This document shows positions 36,452-46,714 of a DNA stretch of 64,000 nucleotides, in pieces. Numbering within the stretch: the stretch's first letter is position 1; each line of letters begins with the position of its first letter. The position numbers and the translations under genes are program-made. Location of the stretch: NCBI GenBank assembly GCA_013911885.1, contig JACESI010000004.1:89607-153606 (forward strand). Direction: 5' to 3'. The notes below the pieces were generated by a model that searched no databases, was not told where the DNA came from, and saw only the letters and a list, made by a program, of their open reading frames with translations. Source of the stretch: Hyphomicrobiales bacterium. GTDB lineage: Bacteria; Pseudomonadota; Alphaproteobacteria; Rhizobiales; JACESI01.

Positions 36452-38065
36452 ATGGCCGTATCCGCCATTTCCTTCGATATTCCAGACAGGGTTCCGGCCA
36501 AACGGGCACTGCTTTCCGTTTCGGACAAGAGCGGCATTGTTGCTCTTGCTCGGGCTCTGCATGAGGCAGGCGTCACGCTGCTGTCGACCGGCGGCACCTG
36601 CAAGACGATCGCCGATGCCGGTCTTCCGGTCAACGATGTTGCCGAGATCACGCAGTTTCCGGAAATCATGGACGGTCGGGTGAAGACGCTTCATCCGTCG
36701 GTTCATGGTGGTCTTCTTGGTGTGCGCGCCCACCCCGACCACGCGAAAGCGATGGCTGATCATGGCATTGTTGGCATCGATATTCTCGTGGTCAATCTCT
36801 ATCCGTTTCAGGAGACGGTGGCGAAGGGCGCGGATTATGCTTCGGCGATTGAGAATATTGACATTGGTGGCCCCGCAATGGTGCGCGCAGGGGCGAAAAA
36901 CCACGCCTATGTCAGCGTCGTTACAGATCCGTCAGATTATGACGACGTGCTTGCGGCAATCCGTGATCACGGCGGCACATCCTATGCCCTGCGGCAGCGG
37001 CTGGCGGCGAAAGCCTTTGCGATGACGGCGCATTACGATACGGCGGTTGCCAACTGGTTTGCCTCGGCGCTTTCGATCGACATGCCGGAAAAGAGGTCGG
37101 TCTCCGGAACCCTTGCAAGCATTATGCGCTATGGCGAGAACCCGCATCAGGAGGCAGGGTTTTATATAACCGGTGCCCAGCGGTTCGGCGTTTCCACGGC
37201 AAGTCAGCTTCAGGGCAAGCAACTTTCCTTCAACAATATCAACGACACCGACGCGGCTTTCGAACTGGTTGCTGAATTCGATCCGACGCGCACGGCGGCG
37301 GTCGCCATCATCAAGCACGCAAATCCCTGCGGCGTTTCGGAAGGCGCGAGCCTGAGAGCGGCCTATGACCTTGCCTTGCGCTGCGATCCCGTCTCCGCCT
37401 TTGGTGGTATTGTCGCGCTCAACCGGACGCTTGATGCTGAAGCGGCGCGCGAGATTGTCAAGACTTTCACCGAAGTCATCATCGCGCCCGAGGCAAGCGT
37501 CGAGGCGCGCGCGATCGTGGCCGAGAAGAAGAACCTCAGGCTTCTGATCACCGGCGGGCTGCCCGACCCGCGCGAAAAGGCGCTCACCGTGCGCAGTGTC
37601 GCGGGCGGGCTTTTGTACCAGAACCGCGATTTTGGCGTGGTTGACGATCTCGATCTCAAGGTCGTGACCCGTCGCGCACCGAGCGCCCAGGAAATGGCCG
37701 ACATGAAATTTGCCTTCCGGGTGGCAAAACATGTCAAATCGAATGCCATCGTCTATGCCCGCGATGGGGCGACCGTCGGGATCGGCGCGGGCCAGATGAG
37801 CCGGGTCGATTCGTCACGGATCGCCGCGCGCAAGGCAATGGACGCAGCCGAGAGCGCGGGACTTGCCGAATCGCTCGCCATAGGATCGGTTGTTGCCTCC
37901 GATGCGTTTTTTCCGTTTGCCGACGGTCTTCTCGCGGCGGCGGAAGCAGGGGCGACTGCGATCATCCAGCCCGGTGGTTCGATGCGCGATGACGAGGTGA
38001 TCGCTGCGGCCGATGCCGCCGGCCTTGCAATGATATTCACCGGCATGCGGCATTTCCGGCACTGA
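36452..38065 (+). CDS. purH: Bifunctional AICAR transformylase / IMP cyclohydrolase
   Basis: 537 aa from ATG 36452 (RBS aggag). [38 protein letters not shown]-terminal [12 protein letters not shown]...FTGMRHFRH. Confidence 0.95.
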   Translation: MAVSAISFDIPDRVPAKRALLSVSDKSGIVALARALHEAGVTLLSTGGTCKTIADAGLPVNDVAEITQFPEIMDGRVKTLHPSVHGGLLGVRAHPDHAKAMADHGIVGIDILVVNLYPFQETVAKGADYASAIENIDIGGPAMVRAGAKNHAYVSVVTDPSDYDDVLAAIRDHGGTSYALRQRLAAKAFAMTAHYDTAVANWFASALSIDMPEKRSVSGTLASIMRYGENPHQEAGFYITGAQRFGVSTASQLQGKQLSFNNINDTDAAFELVAEFDPTRTAAVAIIKHANPCGVSEGASLRAAYDLALRCDPVSAFGGIVALNRTLDAEAAREIVKTFTEVIIAPEASVEARAIVAEKKNLRLLITGGLPDPREKALTVRSVAGGLLYQNRDFGVVDDLDLKVVTRRAPSAQEMADMKFAFRVAKHVKSNAIVYARDGATVGIGAGQMSRVDSSRIAARKAMDAAESAGLAESLAIGSVVASDAFFPFADGLLAAAEAGATAIIQPGGSMRDDEVIAAADAAGLAMIFTGMRHFRH

Positions 38066-38085
38066 TCGAAAGGGAGCGGCACGCA

Positions 38086-38559
38086 ATGAGCGACATCAAG
38101 AAAACCGATACTTCTGGCCTGACCATGCTTGGCGGCGCGACGGTGCTGCCGCAAGATCCCGGCTCCGCCGTTCTGGAGCGCGTGCCGAACAACAATGCGG
38201 ACACGGATTATCTCGTTCGTTTCGTCCAGCCGGAATTCACCTCGCTCTGTCCGATGACCGGCCAGCCGGATTTCGCTCATCTGGTGATTGATTATGTGCC
38301 AGGGGATTTTCTCGTCGAATCGAAATCGTTCAAGCTTTTTCTCGGGGCGTTCCGCAATCATGGCTCGTTTCACGAGGATTGCACGCTAACCGTCGCAAGG
38401 CGCCTGGTTGCCGCGATCAGCCCGAAATGGCTGCGGATCGGTGGCTACTGGTATCCGCGTGGCGGCATACCGATCGATGTCTTCTGGCAGAGTGGCGAAC
38501 CGCCGAAAGGTGTCTGGCTTCCTGATCAGGGCGTCGCGCCCTACCGTGGGCGAGGTTAG
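38086..38559 (+). CDS. queF: NADPH-dependent 7-cyano-7-deazaguanine reductase (preQ0 reductase)
   Basis: 157 aa. QueF motif [21 protein letters not shown] and [17 protein letters not shown]. Confidence 0.9.
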   Translation: MSDIKKTDTSGLTMLGGATVLPQDPGSAVLERVPNNNADTDYLVRFVQPEFTSLCPMTGQPDFAHLVIDYVPGDFLVESKSFKLFLGAFRNHGSFHEDCTLTVARRLVAAISPKWLRIGGYWYPRGGIPIDVFWQSGEPPKGVWLPDQGVAPYRGRG

Positions 38560-38649
38560 GCGGCGCGTCATTGCGCCCGATTTCGTGTTTATGTCTTGTC
38601 TGCTGGCCGGATTGATGCAGATTGAGGTTCAGGGTTTGAGGAAGCCGAG

Positions 38650-39399
38650 ATGAAAGACACCGCTACGACCACGATTGATGACGCTGAAGTCGCGCGATTT
38701 TCCGCGCTTGCTGCGGAATGGTGGAACCCCAAGGGCAAGTTTCGGCCGCTGCACAAGTTCAATCCGGTCAGGCTTGCCTACATCCGCGAACAGGTCTGCC
38801 AGCATTTCGACCGCGATCCCAAAGCCCCTCTGCCGTTCAGGGGACTTCGGTTCCTCGATATCGGATGCGGGGGTGGATTGCTGAGCGAGCCGATGGCGCG
38901 GCTCGGCGCGATTGTCGTTGGCGCCGATGCATCAGCCACCAATATTGAAGTCGCCCGAATCCATGCCGAACAATCGGGGCTCGATATCGATTACCGTGCA
39001 ACCTCGTCAGAGGCGCTTGCCGGCGCGGGCGAGGCCTTCGACGTGGTTTTGAACATGGAGGTGGTCGAGCATGTCGCTGACGTGCCGCTCTTCATGGCAA
39101 GCTGCGCACAGATGGTAAAGCCCGGTGGCCTCATGCTGATTGCCACGATCAACCGAACCGCGAAGGCGCGGATGCTCGCGATCTTCATGGCTGAGCAGGT
39201 CTTGCGCTGGCTTCCGGTCGGCACCCACCAGTTTGAGAAACTGGTGAAGCCCGATGAATTGCGCCAGGCCCTCGCCGAAGGCGGCATGACGGTTCTCGAT
39301 GAAACAGGCGTTGCCTATAATCCGCTCTTCGACCGCTGGGCGCTCGCCACCGACATGGACGTGAATTACATGATCCTCGGGGCGAAAGCGCGCATCTAG
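38650..39399 (+). CDS. ubiG: Bifunctional 3-demethylubiquinol 3-O-methyltransferase / 2-polyprenyl-6-hydroxyphenol methylase
   Basis: 249 aa. [26 protein letters not shown] motif [24 protein letters not shown]. Confidence 0.9.
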   Translation: MKDTATTTIDDAEVARFSALAAEWWNPKGKFRPLHKFNPVRLAYIREQVCQHFDRDPKAPLPFRGLRFLDIGCGGGLLSEPMARLGAIVVGADASATNIEVARIHAEQSGLDIDYRATSSEALAGAGEAFDVVLNMEVVEHVADVPLFMASCAQMVKPGGLMLIATINRTAKARMLAIFMAEQVLRWLPVGTHQFEKLVKPDELRQALAEGGMTVLDETGVAYNPLFDRWALATDMDVNYMILGAKARI

Positions 39400-39500
39400 A
39401 GCGGCGCGCCAACCGCCTATTACCGAATCATAATCTTGCCGATCCTCGTTTCACTCCGGCCGGATTATGCTCTAAGGCCGCTGACTTTTGATCACCCCGG

Positions 39501-39998
39501 TTATTTTTCCGCCGCCTTTGGCGTGAACAGGCAACGGTCCGGTTTCAGGTCGATCAGTTTCGTGCCCGTGACACAATCAAGCCCGCGTACCACGAGGCGT
39601 GGTCCGTTCCGCGTGACGAGCTTTACGATCGAGGTTCCGATCGGGTTTGGCCGCGCGGGCGAACGCAAGGCGAAGGTGTCAACGACCGTGCGGCTCTTGG
39701 CGGGTTTCTGGAGCACCAGATCGCGCCGTGACCGGTCGAGCCAGTAAAGAACCTCCAAACTCCCGAAAGCCTCGATGCCTGCGAGGGCTGCCTGCCAAGG
39801 CTCGAAAACCTCGATCACGCAGTCCGGGCCGTCGATATTTCCCTGTCGGGGGCATTCGGCACGGCAATGCCAGGGCGTGGTGATTTCGCCAATGAAACTG
39901 AGGTTGGCGTCCGATGGAAGCGGATGATCGAGCGACGCCTCGCCTGGGCGCAATCTGTCGCGCTCCCGGTCAGCTTCGGCGCTTAAATCCTTTTGCAT
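39501..39998 (-). CDS. trmO: tRNA (t6A37-N6)-methyltransferase TrmO (TsaA/YaeB family)
   Basis: 165 aa. GEITTPW...CPRQG, GIEAFGSLEVLYWLD, FALRSPARPNPIGTSIVKL, ...LIDLKP. Confidence 0.8.
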   Translation of the reverse strand: MQKDLSAEADRERDRLRPGEASLDHPLPSDANLSFIGEITTPWHCRAECPRQGNIDGPDCVIEVFEPWQAALAGIEAFGSLEVLYWLDRSRRDLVLQKPAKSRTVVDTFALRSPARPNPIGTSIVKLVTRNGPRLVVRGLDCVTGTKLIDLKPDRCLFTPKAAEK

Positions 39999-40048
39999 AT
40001 CGTGGTCTCAAGGTCACGTCTCTCAAGGGCGGGGCTTTGGTTGATGGT

Positions 40049-40543
40049 TCAGTTATTGTCTTCCGGCAGGCCGGGAAGCGGCATGAAATCAATCCCGTCA
40101 TCCATGAGGCCCTGTGCCTCGTCGAAGGTCGCCCGACCAAAAATCCCGTGATGTTTTTCCTTGCCGAAATGCATCTTGCGGGCTTTCTCTGCGAATTTCT
40201 CGCCGACATTTTCCGCGTTATTCTCAACCCAGTTGCGCAGTTCGCGCATCTTCTCAACCACAGCTTTCATCGTGGCGTCGCCATGAACCAGCGGTTCGGG
40301 AATGACAGTCGGCATCGGTTCATCATCATATGGCACGACGGTGGGAGCCGGAATTTCCTTGTCGCCCTTCTGCATCTTCGTGCCAGTGACGCTTGGTGCC
40401 ATCAAGGCCTTCTCGACGCTCGTGCTGCCGCATTCCGGGCAGGCGATCAGATCGCGCAGCTGCTGTTCGTCGAAACCTGACGACTTTGAAAACCAGCCAT
40501 CAAAGGGGTGCCCGTTCGAACATCTGAGGGAATATTTGATCAC
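40049..40543 (-). CDS. DUF1178 family protein
   Basis: 164 aa. The N-terminus MIKYSLRCSNGHPFDGWF and a second CPECGS zinc-ribbon-like pair are typical of DUF1178. Confidence 0.75.
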   Translation of the reverse strand: MIKYSLRCSNGHPFDGWFSKSSGFDEQQLRDLIACPECGSTSVEKALMAPSVTGTKMQKGDKEIPAPTVVPYDDEPMPTVIPEPLVHGDATMKAVVEKMRELRNWVENNAENVGEKFAEKARKMHFGKEKHHGIFGRATFDEAQGLMDDGIDFMPLPGLPEDNN

Positions 40544-40572
40544 TGTATTTTCTTTTCAGGTTCCATCGCAGG

Positions 40573-41403
40573 CTAGAGCGTGCGGGTAGCAAATTCACGA
40601 GCATGCGTCAAAACCGGAATCTTCCGACGCGCCAAATGAAGGGCTTCAAGGTTAATCTCGGCGGCAATGAACCCCGGTTCTTCGTGGTTGGCCTCCGCGA
40701 GCACGACACCCCATGGATCGACGATGATACTGTGGCCATAGGTGTGCCGGCCATCTTCATGCTTGCCGCCCTGGGCTGCGGAAATCATGAAGGCGCCGTT
40801 TTCGATCGCCCGAGCCCGCATCAGGGTCTGCCAATGGGCCATGCCGGTCTGGCGGGTGAAACAGGCGGGCGACGTCAGAATGTCCGCGCCCGCGAGGGCC
40901 TGACGGCGGAAAATTTCGGGAAAGCGCACATCATAGCAGATGGCAAGCCCGATGCGGGCAAGCGGGGTCTCGACCACGGGAGAGGCGCTTCCCGGCGTAT
41001 AGGTGTTCGATTCGCGCCAGCTCTCGCCATTATCGAGATCGACATCGAACATGTGAATCTTGTCATAAGTGGCAAGACAGGCGCCATCCGGGGCGAACAG
41101 AAAGGCGCGGTTCGCAACCTTGCCGTCCTCGCGCAGGATCGCGAGCGAGCCGATGTGAAGCGTGATTTCGAGTTCACGGGCAAGGGCTGCAAAATGTTCA
41201 ACGCCGATATCTTCGTTCTCCGGGCGGATTTCCGCCATCAGATCTGTGCGGTTCGATTGAACGAGATGGGTCATTTCCGGTGTCTGGATATAAACGGCAC
41301 CGGCCCTGGCGGCGGCGCGCACGAGATCGCTCGCCTCCGCCACATTCTGCGGGATTGAGCGGCGGGAGCGCAGTTGAATACAGGCAGCCGTGAAGGAGGC
41401 CAT
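40573..41403 (-). CDS. Carbon-nitrogen hydrolase (nitrilase superfamily, Nit-like) protein
   Basis: 276 aa from ATG 41403. E-K-C triad context: IQTPEM..., YDKIHMFDV, IGLAICYDVRFPE. Confidence 0.85.
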   Translation of the reverse strand: MASFTAACIQLRSRRSIPQNVAEASDLVRAAARAGAVYIQTPEMTHLVQSNRTDLMAEIRPENEDIGVEHFAALARELEITLHIGSLAILREDGKVANRAFLFAPDGACLATYDKIHMFDVDLDNGESWRESNTYTPGSASPVVETPLARIGLAICYDVRFPEIFRRQALAGADILTSPACFTRQTGMAHWQTLMRARAIENGAFMISAAQGGKHEDGRHTYGHSIIVDPWGVVLAEANHEEPGFIAAEINLEALHLARRKIPVLTHAREFATRTL

Positions 41404-41407
41404 CGGA

Positions 41408-41665
41408 TTATCCTTTGAGCAGAGCGTCCAGTTTGCCGGCGTCTTCGAGCGCATAAAGATCGTCACAGCCGCCGACATGGGTCTTGCCGATGAAAATCTG
41501 CGGGAACGTGTTGCCACCGTTCGAGCGTTTGATCATTTCATTGCGGATATCACGGTTCATTGTACCATCATGCTCGGTGTATTTCGCGCCTTTTTCGGAA
41601 AGGAGCCGTTTTGCGGCCGAGCAATAGGGGCAGAATTTGCGCGTATAAATAACGATATCTTGCAT
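41408..41665 (-). CDS. grxC: Glutaredoxin 3
   Basis: 85 aa. CPYC active site (IYTRKFCPYCSAAKRLL), TFPQIFIG, GGCDDL. Confidence 0.9.
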   Translation of the reverse strand: MQDIVIYTRKFCPYCSAAKRLLSEKGAKYTEHDGTMNRDIRNEMIKRSNGGNTFPQIFIGKTHVGGCDDLYALEDAGKLDALLKG

Positions 41666-41705
41666 TCAGGTAGCCTTGCAAAAGGTTGGTCCGAAAATCC
41701 GTTTC

Positions 41706-42491
41706 TTATAGGCCGTTTGACCATGGCTCCACAACCTTCGCGAAGGTGAGGACATCGACCGACTGGCACTTTTCACGCAAAAGTGCTCGAACACAGGCCG
41801 TGATCGTCGCTCCGGTGGTGACGACATCGTCGATCAGCGTTACGCGCCGACCGCGAATTTCGGCGGATTGGTCCGCCGCCACGCGGAATGCGCCTTCCAC
41901 ATTGGTACGCCGGGCTGCGGCATCAAGCCTTGCCTGCTGTTCGGTCGCGCGGATGCGCACAAGCGCTTGGAGGGCCAGGGGCTTGCCGCTCAGCCGGGCG
42001 ATGGATTTGGCAAGTTCGGCGGATTGGTTGAAGCGGCGTTCGAACAGGCGGTGCCGGTGCAGCGGAACCGGAACCAGGATATCGGTCTCATTGAGTATGT
42101 CCTTTCCGGCGCGCACCATATGCCGCGCAAGAGGCAGTGCCAGTTCAAGACGGTCATGATATTTGAAGGCATTGACAAGCCGTGCAGCCGTGCCCTCATA
42201 GCGGGCGGCGGAGCGCATGCGGTTGTAGAGCGGCGGGTCGGCGAGGGCCTCCGCGCTGGTGAAGGCGCCGCCGAGATCATAGGCAAGCGGCTTTCCGGTG
42301 CGTTCGCAGACCGGTTTGGCAATCAGCGGAAGATCGCTGAAGCATATCGCACAAAGGCCGCCCGGCTGGCCGACCAGTGCCGCGCAGGAAAGGCAGCGCG
42401 GCGGCAGCACGAGCCGCAGTGCCGAACGGCCCAAGGCCGCAAGGGGCCGCAGAACAGATGAAGGGTTTGGTGTCATCGGGAACCGGTTCAA
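41706..42491 (-). CDS. comF: ComF family phosphoribosyltransferase-domain protein
   Basis: 261 aa. N-terminal Cys-rich zinc-finger region (PPRCLSC...LCAIC). C-terminal PRTase loop VTLIDDVVTTGAT. Confidence 0.8.
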   Translation of the reverse strand: MNRFPMTPNPSSVLRPLAALGRSALRLVLPPRCLSCAALVGQPGGLCAICFSDLPLIAKPVCERTGKPLAYDLGGAFTSAEALADPPLYNRMRSAARYEGTAARLVNAFKYHDRLELALPLARHMVRAGKDILNETDILVPVPLHRHRLFERRFNQSAELAKSIARLSGKPLALQALVRIRATEQQARLDAAARRTNVEGAFRVAADQSAEIRGRRVTLIDDVVTTGATITACVRALLREKCQSVDVLTFAKVVEPWSNGL

Positions 42492-42636
42492 TCAGACAGC
42501 GCATCTGAGCAGGGAATCGCCTTCCCGGCAAGCCGTGCCTTCGCCTGCGCGCAATATGCTTTGGACACGCGTCAATCCAGGCGCTGCGACAGAAGGAGGC
42601 TTGAGCGGCGGCCTTAAATATGGGATCGGGTGATCC

Positions 42637-43563
42637 ATGTCCGATGCCTTCCTCATCGATGTCCCCGCCCTTCATCGTCACCGCCACAGAGCGGCGCGTG
42701 GGGCGCTGCCGGGCGTGGACTTTCTTCTGCGGGAAGCAGCGCGCGATGTCGCCCTCAGGCTTTCAACCATCAAGCGGGTTTTTTCTTCGGCGGTCGATCT
42801 TCATGCCATGGGTCCGATCGTGCGCGACATTCTGCGTGAAAGCGGTCAATGCGAACGGGTGTTTTCTTCTGCCATTCCCGCTTTTGCAGGTCATAATTTC
42901 AGCATTCACGAGCCGGTCGACATCGTGTCTTCAGATCATCTGGTGCCGTTTGCCAATCAATCGGTTGATCTGGCGGTGTCTCTGCTGGCGCTGCAGTTTC
43001 TCAACGATATTCCGGGAATGCTGATCCAGATCCGGCGTGCGCTGAAACCCGACGGCCTTTTTCTAGGCGCGTTTCTGGGCGGTCAGACACTGCAGGAACT
43101 GCGCCAGTCGTTTCTTCTCGCGGAGGCGGAAATTACCGGCGGTGCGCGGGCGCGGATACTTCCGTTTGCCGATGTTCGCGATGGTGGCGGGCTTCTGCAA
43201 AGGGCAGGATTTTCGCTTCCGGTCGCTGACAGTGACCGGCTGACTGTGCGGTATGACAGCGCGCTTGATCTGATGCGGGATTTGCGCGCGATGGGGGCAC
43301 AGAACTGCCTGCGCGATCGGCAGCGCGGCCTGATGCGGCAGGATGTGCTCGCACGGACATTAGCGATCTATGCGCGCGACCACAGCGATCCTGACGGGCG
43401 GGTGCGCGCGACTTTCGAGATCATTTCGATTTCAGGCTGGGCGCCGCATGAGAGCCAGCAAAAGCCGCTTCGGCCGGGTTCTGCCAAAGTCCGCCTTGCC
43501 GATGTTCTCGGGCGGATAGCTGGCGATCCGGCGGATGGTGATCAGGGGCGTGTCAGATCGTAA
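42637..43563 (+). CDS. Class I methyltransferase-fold protein (BioC/NDUFAF5-like)
   Basis: 308 aa. Post-I/II-like segments VDLAVSLLALQFLNDIP and LKPDGLFLGAFLGG. Motif I is atypical (AVDLHAMGP). Confidence 0.6.
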   Translation: MSDAFLIDVPALHRHRHRAARGALPGVDFLLREAARDVALRLSTIKRVFSSAVDLHAMGPIVRDILRESGQCERVFSSAIPAFAGHNFSIHEPVDIVSSDHLVPFANQSVDLAVSLLALQFLNDIPGMLIQIRRALKPDGLFLGAFLGGQTLQELRQSFLLAEAEITGGARARILPFADVRDGGGLLQRAGFSLPVADSDRLTVRYDSALDLMRDLRAMGAQNCLRDRQRGLMRQDVLARTLAIYARDHSDPDGRVRATFEIISISGWAPHESQQKPLRPGSAKVRLADVLGRIAGDPADGDQGRVRS

Positions 43564-43729
43564 AAGCCGCAATGATCGGACCAAAAATCGCATCGAATTT
43601 CGGCCCGATGTTCAAGCCTGCCGGACCGAGTGCGCTAAACAACACAAGGGATATGATGCTGGCAATCAGGCCGTATTCGATGGCCGTGGCGCCGCCCTCG
43701 TTTCCGCAAAAGTCTTGAAATTTACGCAT
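43553..43729 (-). CDS. Flp family type IVb pilin
   Basis: 58 aa from ATG 43729: MRKFQDFCGNEGGATAIEYGLIASIISLVLF..., the canonical G/ATAIEYGLIA Flp processing motif. Confidence 0.8.
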   Translation of the reverse strand: MRKFQDFCGNEGGATAIEYGLIASIISLVLFSALGPAGLNIGPKFDAIFGPIIAAFTI

Positions 43730-43751
43730 GACGCCTCGCATGACGCACCCC

Positions 43752-44012
43752 TTATCTCTGTTTCTTCAGTCCGGCGGGCAATTGGAAGACACGATATTTT
43801 TTGCCGGTTTCAGTCTGCTCTTCGGTTGAACGAATGGAGCCGACGAAAGTGTTGTCCACTTGCCTTGACTGAGCCCATTGGGTGAGCTGGGGTTTGTAAT
43901 ATTGTCCCGTAAGGGCGATGGCTGTTACAAACAGAAGCGATGCCGCACATAGAAAAATCGCATATTCGATGGTTGCACCGCCTTTCCTGTTTTCCTTGAA
44001 TTTCGTCCACAT
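43752..44012 (-). CDS. Flp-like pilin with an extended hydrophilic C-terminus
   Basis: 86 aa: MWTKFKENRKGGATIEYAIFLCAASLLFVTAIALTG..., then about 45 mostly polar or charged residues. Confidence 0.6.
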   Translation of the reverse strand: MWTKFKENRKGGATIEYAIFLCAASLLFVTAIALTGQYYKPQLTQWAQSRQVDNTFVGSIRSTEEQTETGKKYRVFQLPAGLKKQR

Positions 44013-44102
44013 GATCTTATCCCACTTTTGATTCCCACGGCCTATTTTGTCGAGTTGCGCTTAACAACTCGTTCATGGCCGCGAAGAAGCTCGATTGACG
44101 CT

Positions 44103-44528
44103 CTAAATCAGAAGGTCGATCAGCGGCGCGATCAGCGGAAGATCGGCGGGCGGCATGTCGTGGTCGCGCAATTTGTTTGCCCGAACCCATTTCAGCGTCT
44201 GGTTTTCACGCGCGGTTGGAATGCCTTGAAACCGGCGGCAGATATAAAGCGGCATGAGAAGATGAAACGCATCATAGGCGTGGCTTGCAAAGGTAAGCGG
44301 CGCGAGGCAGTCGACCTTGGTCGTGATGCCGAGCTCTTCATGAAGCTCGCGGATGAGGGCGTCCTCGGGGCGCTCCCCCGGCTCCAGTTTCCCGCCTGGA
44401 AACTCCCACAGGCCGGCAAGCGGCTTGCCTTCCGGGCGGCGCGCGATCAACACGCGGTTATCGCTGTCGATGAGGGCGCAGGCGACGACCAGAGTGATTT
44501 TCATGACGGGGTCCAGGGGAGGTTTCAT
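44103..44528 (-). CDS. mutT: Nudix hydrolase MutT (8-oxo-dGTP diphosphatase-like)
   Basis: 141 aa from ATG 44528. Nudix box GGKLEPGERPEDALIRELHEELGI. The start overlaps the stop of the upstream GNAT gene. Confidence 0.85.
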   Translation of the reverse strand: MKPPLDPVMKITLVVACALIDSDNRVLIARRPEGKPLAGLWEFPGGKLEPGERPEDALIRELHEELGITTKVDCLAPLTFASHAYDAFHLLMPLYICRRFQGIPTARENQTLKWVRANKLRDHDMPPADLPLIAPLIDLLI

Positions 44529-45304
44529 CAGGCATCGAGCGCAGCATAGATATAGCTGTAAAAATCCGAGAAGCCGAGGCCGCGATAAAGCCCGACCGCT
44601 GCCTGATTTGTCTGTTCGACCGCGAGCCAGCTCCAGGATGCACCGGAATCCGCCGACGCATTCAGGGCTTCGATCATCATGTTTCGGGCAATGCCCCGGC
44701 GCTGATAATCTGGCAGGGTTGCAACATTCTGAAAGGTCGTGCAACGCATCTGCGTGACGCTCATCGCGGTCGCAACAGGTCTATCGCCTTCATAGGCCAG
44801 GAAATAGCGCGTCTCGTCGAGTATCGCGCCCAGCATTTTATGAATGATGGGGCGGTTATCCGCATAGCGCGGCGTACAGGCAATGAAGGCGTCCAGCCAT
44901 TCGTCCTCCAGCGTGACAGACGACCGGATCTTGCAGGTGGTCAAGGCGGTGGGCGCTGTCTCAATCTTCGTCGTGGCATGAAAAGCGCGGCGCAGTGTGA
45001 TTGTCGGATGCTGAAACAGATAGCCCCGGCGCTGAAGTTCCTTGACCACGGCAACCGGCGCGAGCGGGCTTAGCCGCACCCTTGGCGGCAGGCCGACGCG
45101 GCGATAGGCGCGCTCCATCCAGTCGAGGCGAGCGGCATGGTCCGCATCGTCATGCGGATCAAGGAAGAACAGGGAATTGGCGCGCCCGGATACGCCGTCC
45201 GCCATGGCCAGTAACCATCGGCCTGAAAGGCAGAAATTCAGGGCCGGCCACGATGATGCAATCATCGATTCGGCCTGAAGGATGTCAGCTGCGGTAGTCG
45301 CCAT
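44528..45304 (-). CDS. GNAT family N-acetyltransferase
   Basis: C-terminal acetyl-CoA loop [20 protein letters not shown]. The start is uncertain (ATG 45304 overlaps the argJ end by 20 nt; ATG 45265 is an alternative). Confidence 0.6.
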   Translation of the reverse strand: MATTAADILQAESMIASSWPALNFCLSGRWLLAMADGVSGRANSLFFLDPHDDADHAARLDWMERAYRRVGLPPRVRLSPLAPVAVVKELQRRGYLFQHPTITLRRAFHATTKIETAPTALTTCKIRSSVTLEDEWLDAFIACTPRYADNRPIIHKMLGAILDETRYFLAYEGDRPVATAMSVTQMRCTTFQNVATLPDYQRRGIARNMMIEALNASADSGASWSWLAVEQTNQAAVGLYRGLGFSDFYSYIYAALDA

Positions 45305-46511
45305 TGATGGCCACATAGTCTTTGGTGAGGTCGCATGTCCACACGGTGGCCTCACCTTTGCCGAGGCCGAGATCGACGGCAATGGGGATTTCTTCGCGTT
45401 TCATCACCGCGGATGCAGCGGCTTCACTGTAATCCGGGTCGCGCTGCCCGTTTTGGGCGACGCGCACATCACCGAAGCTGATTGAGAGACGATCACGATC
45501 CGCTGGTTCACCGGCCTTGCCAACCGCCATCACGATCCGGCCCCAATTTGCGTCTTCACCCGCAATCGCGGTCTTCACAAGGGGGGAGTTCGCGATGCTG
45601 AAAGCGATTTTCCTGGCGGATTTTCCGGATCTGGCGCCGGTCACGGTGATCGATACGAATTTTCTGGCGCCCTCGCCATCCCGCACGATCTGGTGTGCGA
45701 GGTCTAGGCAGAGACTGTCGAGGGCTTCCTGAAATGCGCGCAGGCGCTTGTCGCCGGGTTTGGCGATTTCCTTCATTTCAGCAGCCCCTGTTGCAAACAG
45801 AAGCACGCTGTCGCTGGTCGAGGTATCGCTGTCGACGGTGACGGCATTGAAGCTTTTGGCGGTGGCGCTCGTCAGCAGCTTCTGCAACATATCCTGTGAG
45901 ATTGCGGCGTCCGTCGCAATGAAGCCAAGCATGGTTGCCATGTCGGGCGCGATCATGCCGGACCCTTTGGCAATGCCGTTGATTGTAACCGTTGCGCCGT
46001 CCAGCGTCAGGGTCCGGGTTGCGACTTTCGGGAAGGTGTCCGTGGTCATGATCGCGCGGGCCGCATTGAGCCAGTCATTGCCTGCAAGTCTTTGATGCAT
46101 GCCGGCGAGAACGCCTTCAAAGGCGGATGTCTTGAGCGGTTCGCCGATGACACCGGTTGAGGCGAGAAAGACCTTGCCCGGTTTGCAGTCAATCAGTTCT
46201 GCCACCATGTCGGCGGATTTTTCAACCGCCTCGACGCCTTTGCTGCCCGTAAAGGCATTGGCATTGCCGGAATTGACCAGCACCGCGCGGGCCTTGCCCT
46301 GTTTCAGGGCGTGGCGGCACCAATCGACCGGCGCTGAAGGGCAGAGCGATTTTGTGAAAACGCCGGCGACCGGCACCGCATGATCAAAAACCATCAAAAG
46401 GACGTCGGTCCGGTTTTTGTACTTGATGCCCGCTTCAGCGGTTGCGATCTTCACACCGGCGATCTCTGGCAGGTCCGGATAGGATGTCGGCGCGAGTGGC
46501 GATATTTTCAT
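45285..46511 (-). CDS. argJ: Bifunctional glutamate N-acetyltransferase / amino-acid acetyltransferase
   Basis: 408 aa from ATG 46511. Autoprocessing site context [13 protein letters not shown]-terminal [16 protein letters not shown]. Confidence 0.95.
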   Translation of the reverse strand: MKISPLAPTSYPDLPEIAGVKIATAEAGIKYKNRTDVLLMVFDHAVPVAGVFTKSLCPSAPVDWCRHALKQGKARAVLVNSGNANAFTGSKGVEAVEKSADMVAELIDCKPGKVFLASTGVIGEPLKTSAFEGVLAGMHQRLAGNDWLNAARAIMTTDTFPKVATRTLTLDGATVTINGIAKGSGMIAPDMATMLGFIATDAAISQDMLQKLLTSATAKSFNAVTVDSDTSTSDSVLLFATGAAEMKEIAKPGDKRLRAFQEALDSLCLDLAHQIVRDGEGARKFVSITVTGARSGKSARKIAFSIANSPLVKTAIAGEDANWGRIVMAVGKAGEPADRDRLSISFGDVRVAQNGQRDPDYSEAAASAVMKREEIPIAVDLGLGKGEATVWTCDLTKDYVAINGDYRS

Positions 46512-46649
46512 TGTTTCTGCCCCTGAAACCTTTTGGACGAACGGGTTGCCTATCCATCGAACTGACAAGGCTTCATGCCCTGAGACAACCTGGTCACACT
46601 GTCGGCTTTGGTAAGCCTGATACGGCTCACATGATCATGACCCGCCATT

Positions 46650-46690
46650 GAATACAAGCGGGGGAATACAAGCGGGGGAATACAAGCGGG
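46650..46690. repeat. Tandem repeat, 14-bp unit gaatacaagcgggg x2.9, bracketed by an 11-bp inverted repeat
   Basis: Units at 46650-46663, 46664-46677 and 46678-46690. Flanking arms tcatgacccgc (46635-46645) and gcgggtcatga (46686-46696) are exact reverse complements. Confidence 0.9.
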
Positions 46691-46714
46691 TCATGACCGG
46701 TTACGAGCGCGGTG

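Noticed and set aside
41706-42491. ComF as evidence for a natural-competence system.
   Set aside because: It is a single gene in the widely conserved grxC-comF arrangement. No com/pil DNA-uptake genes are in the window.
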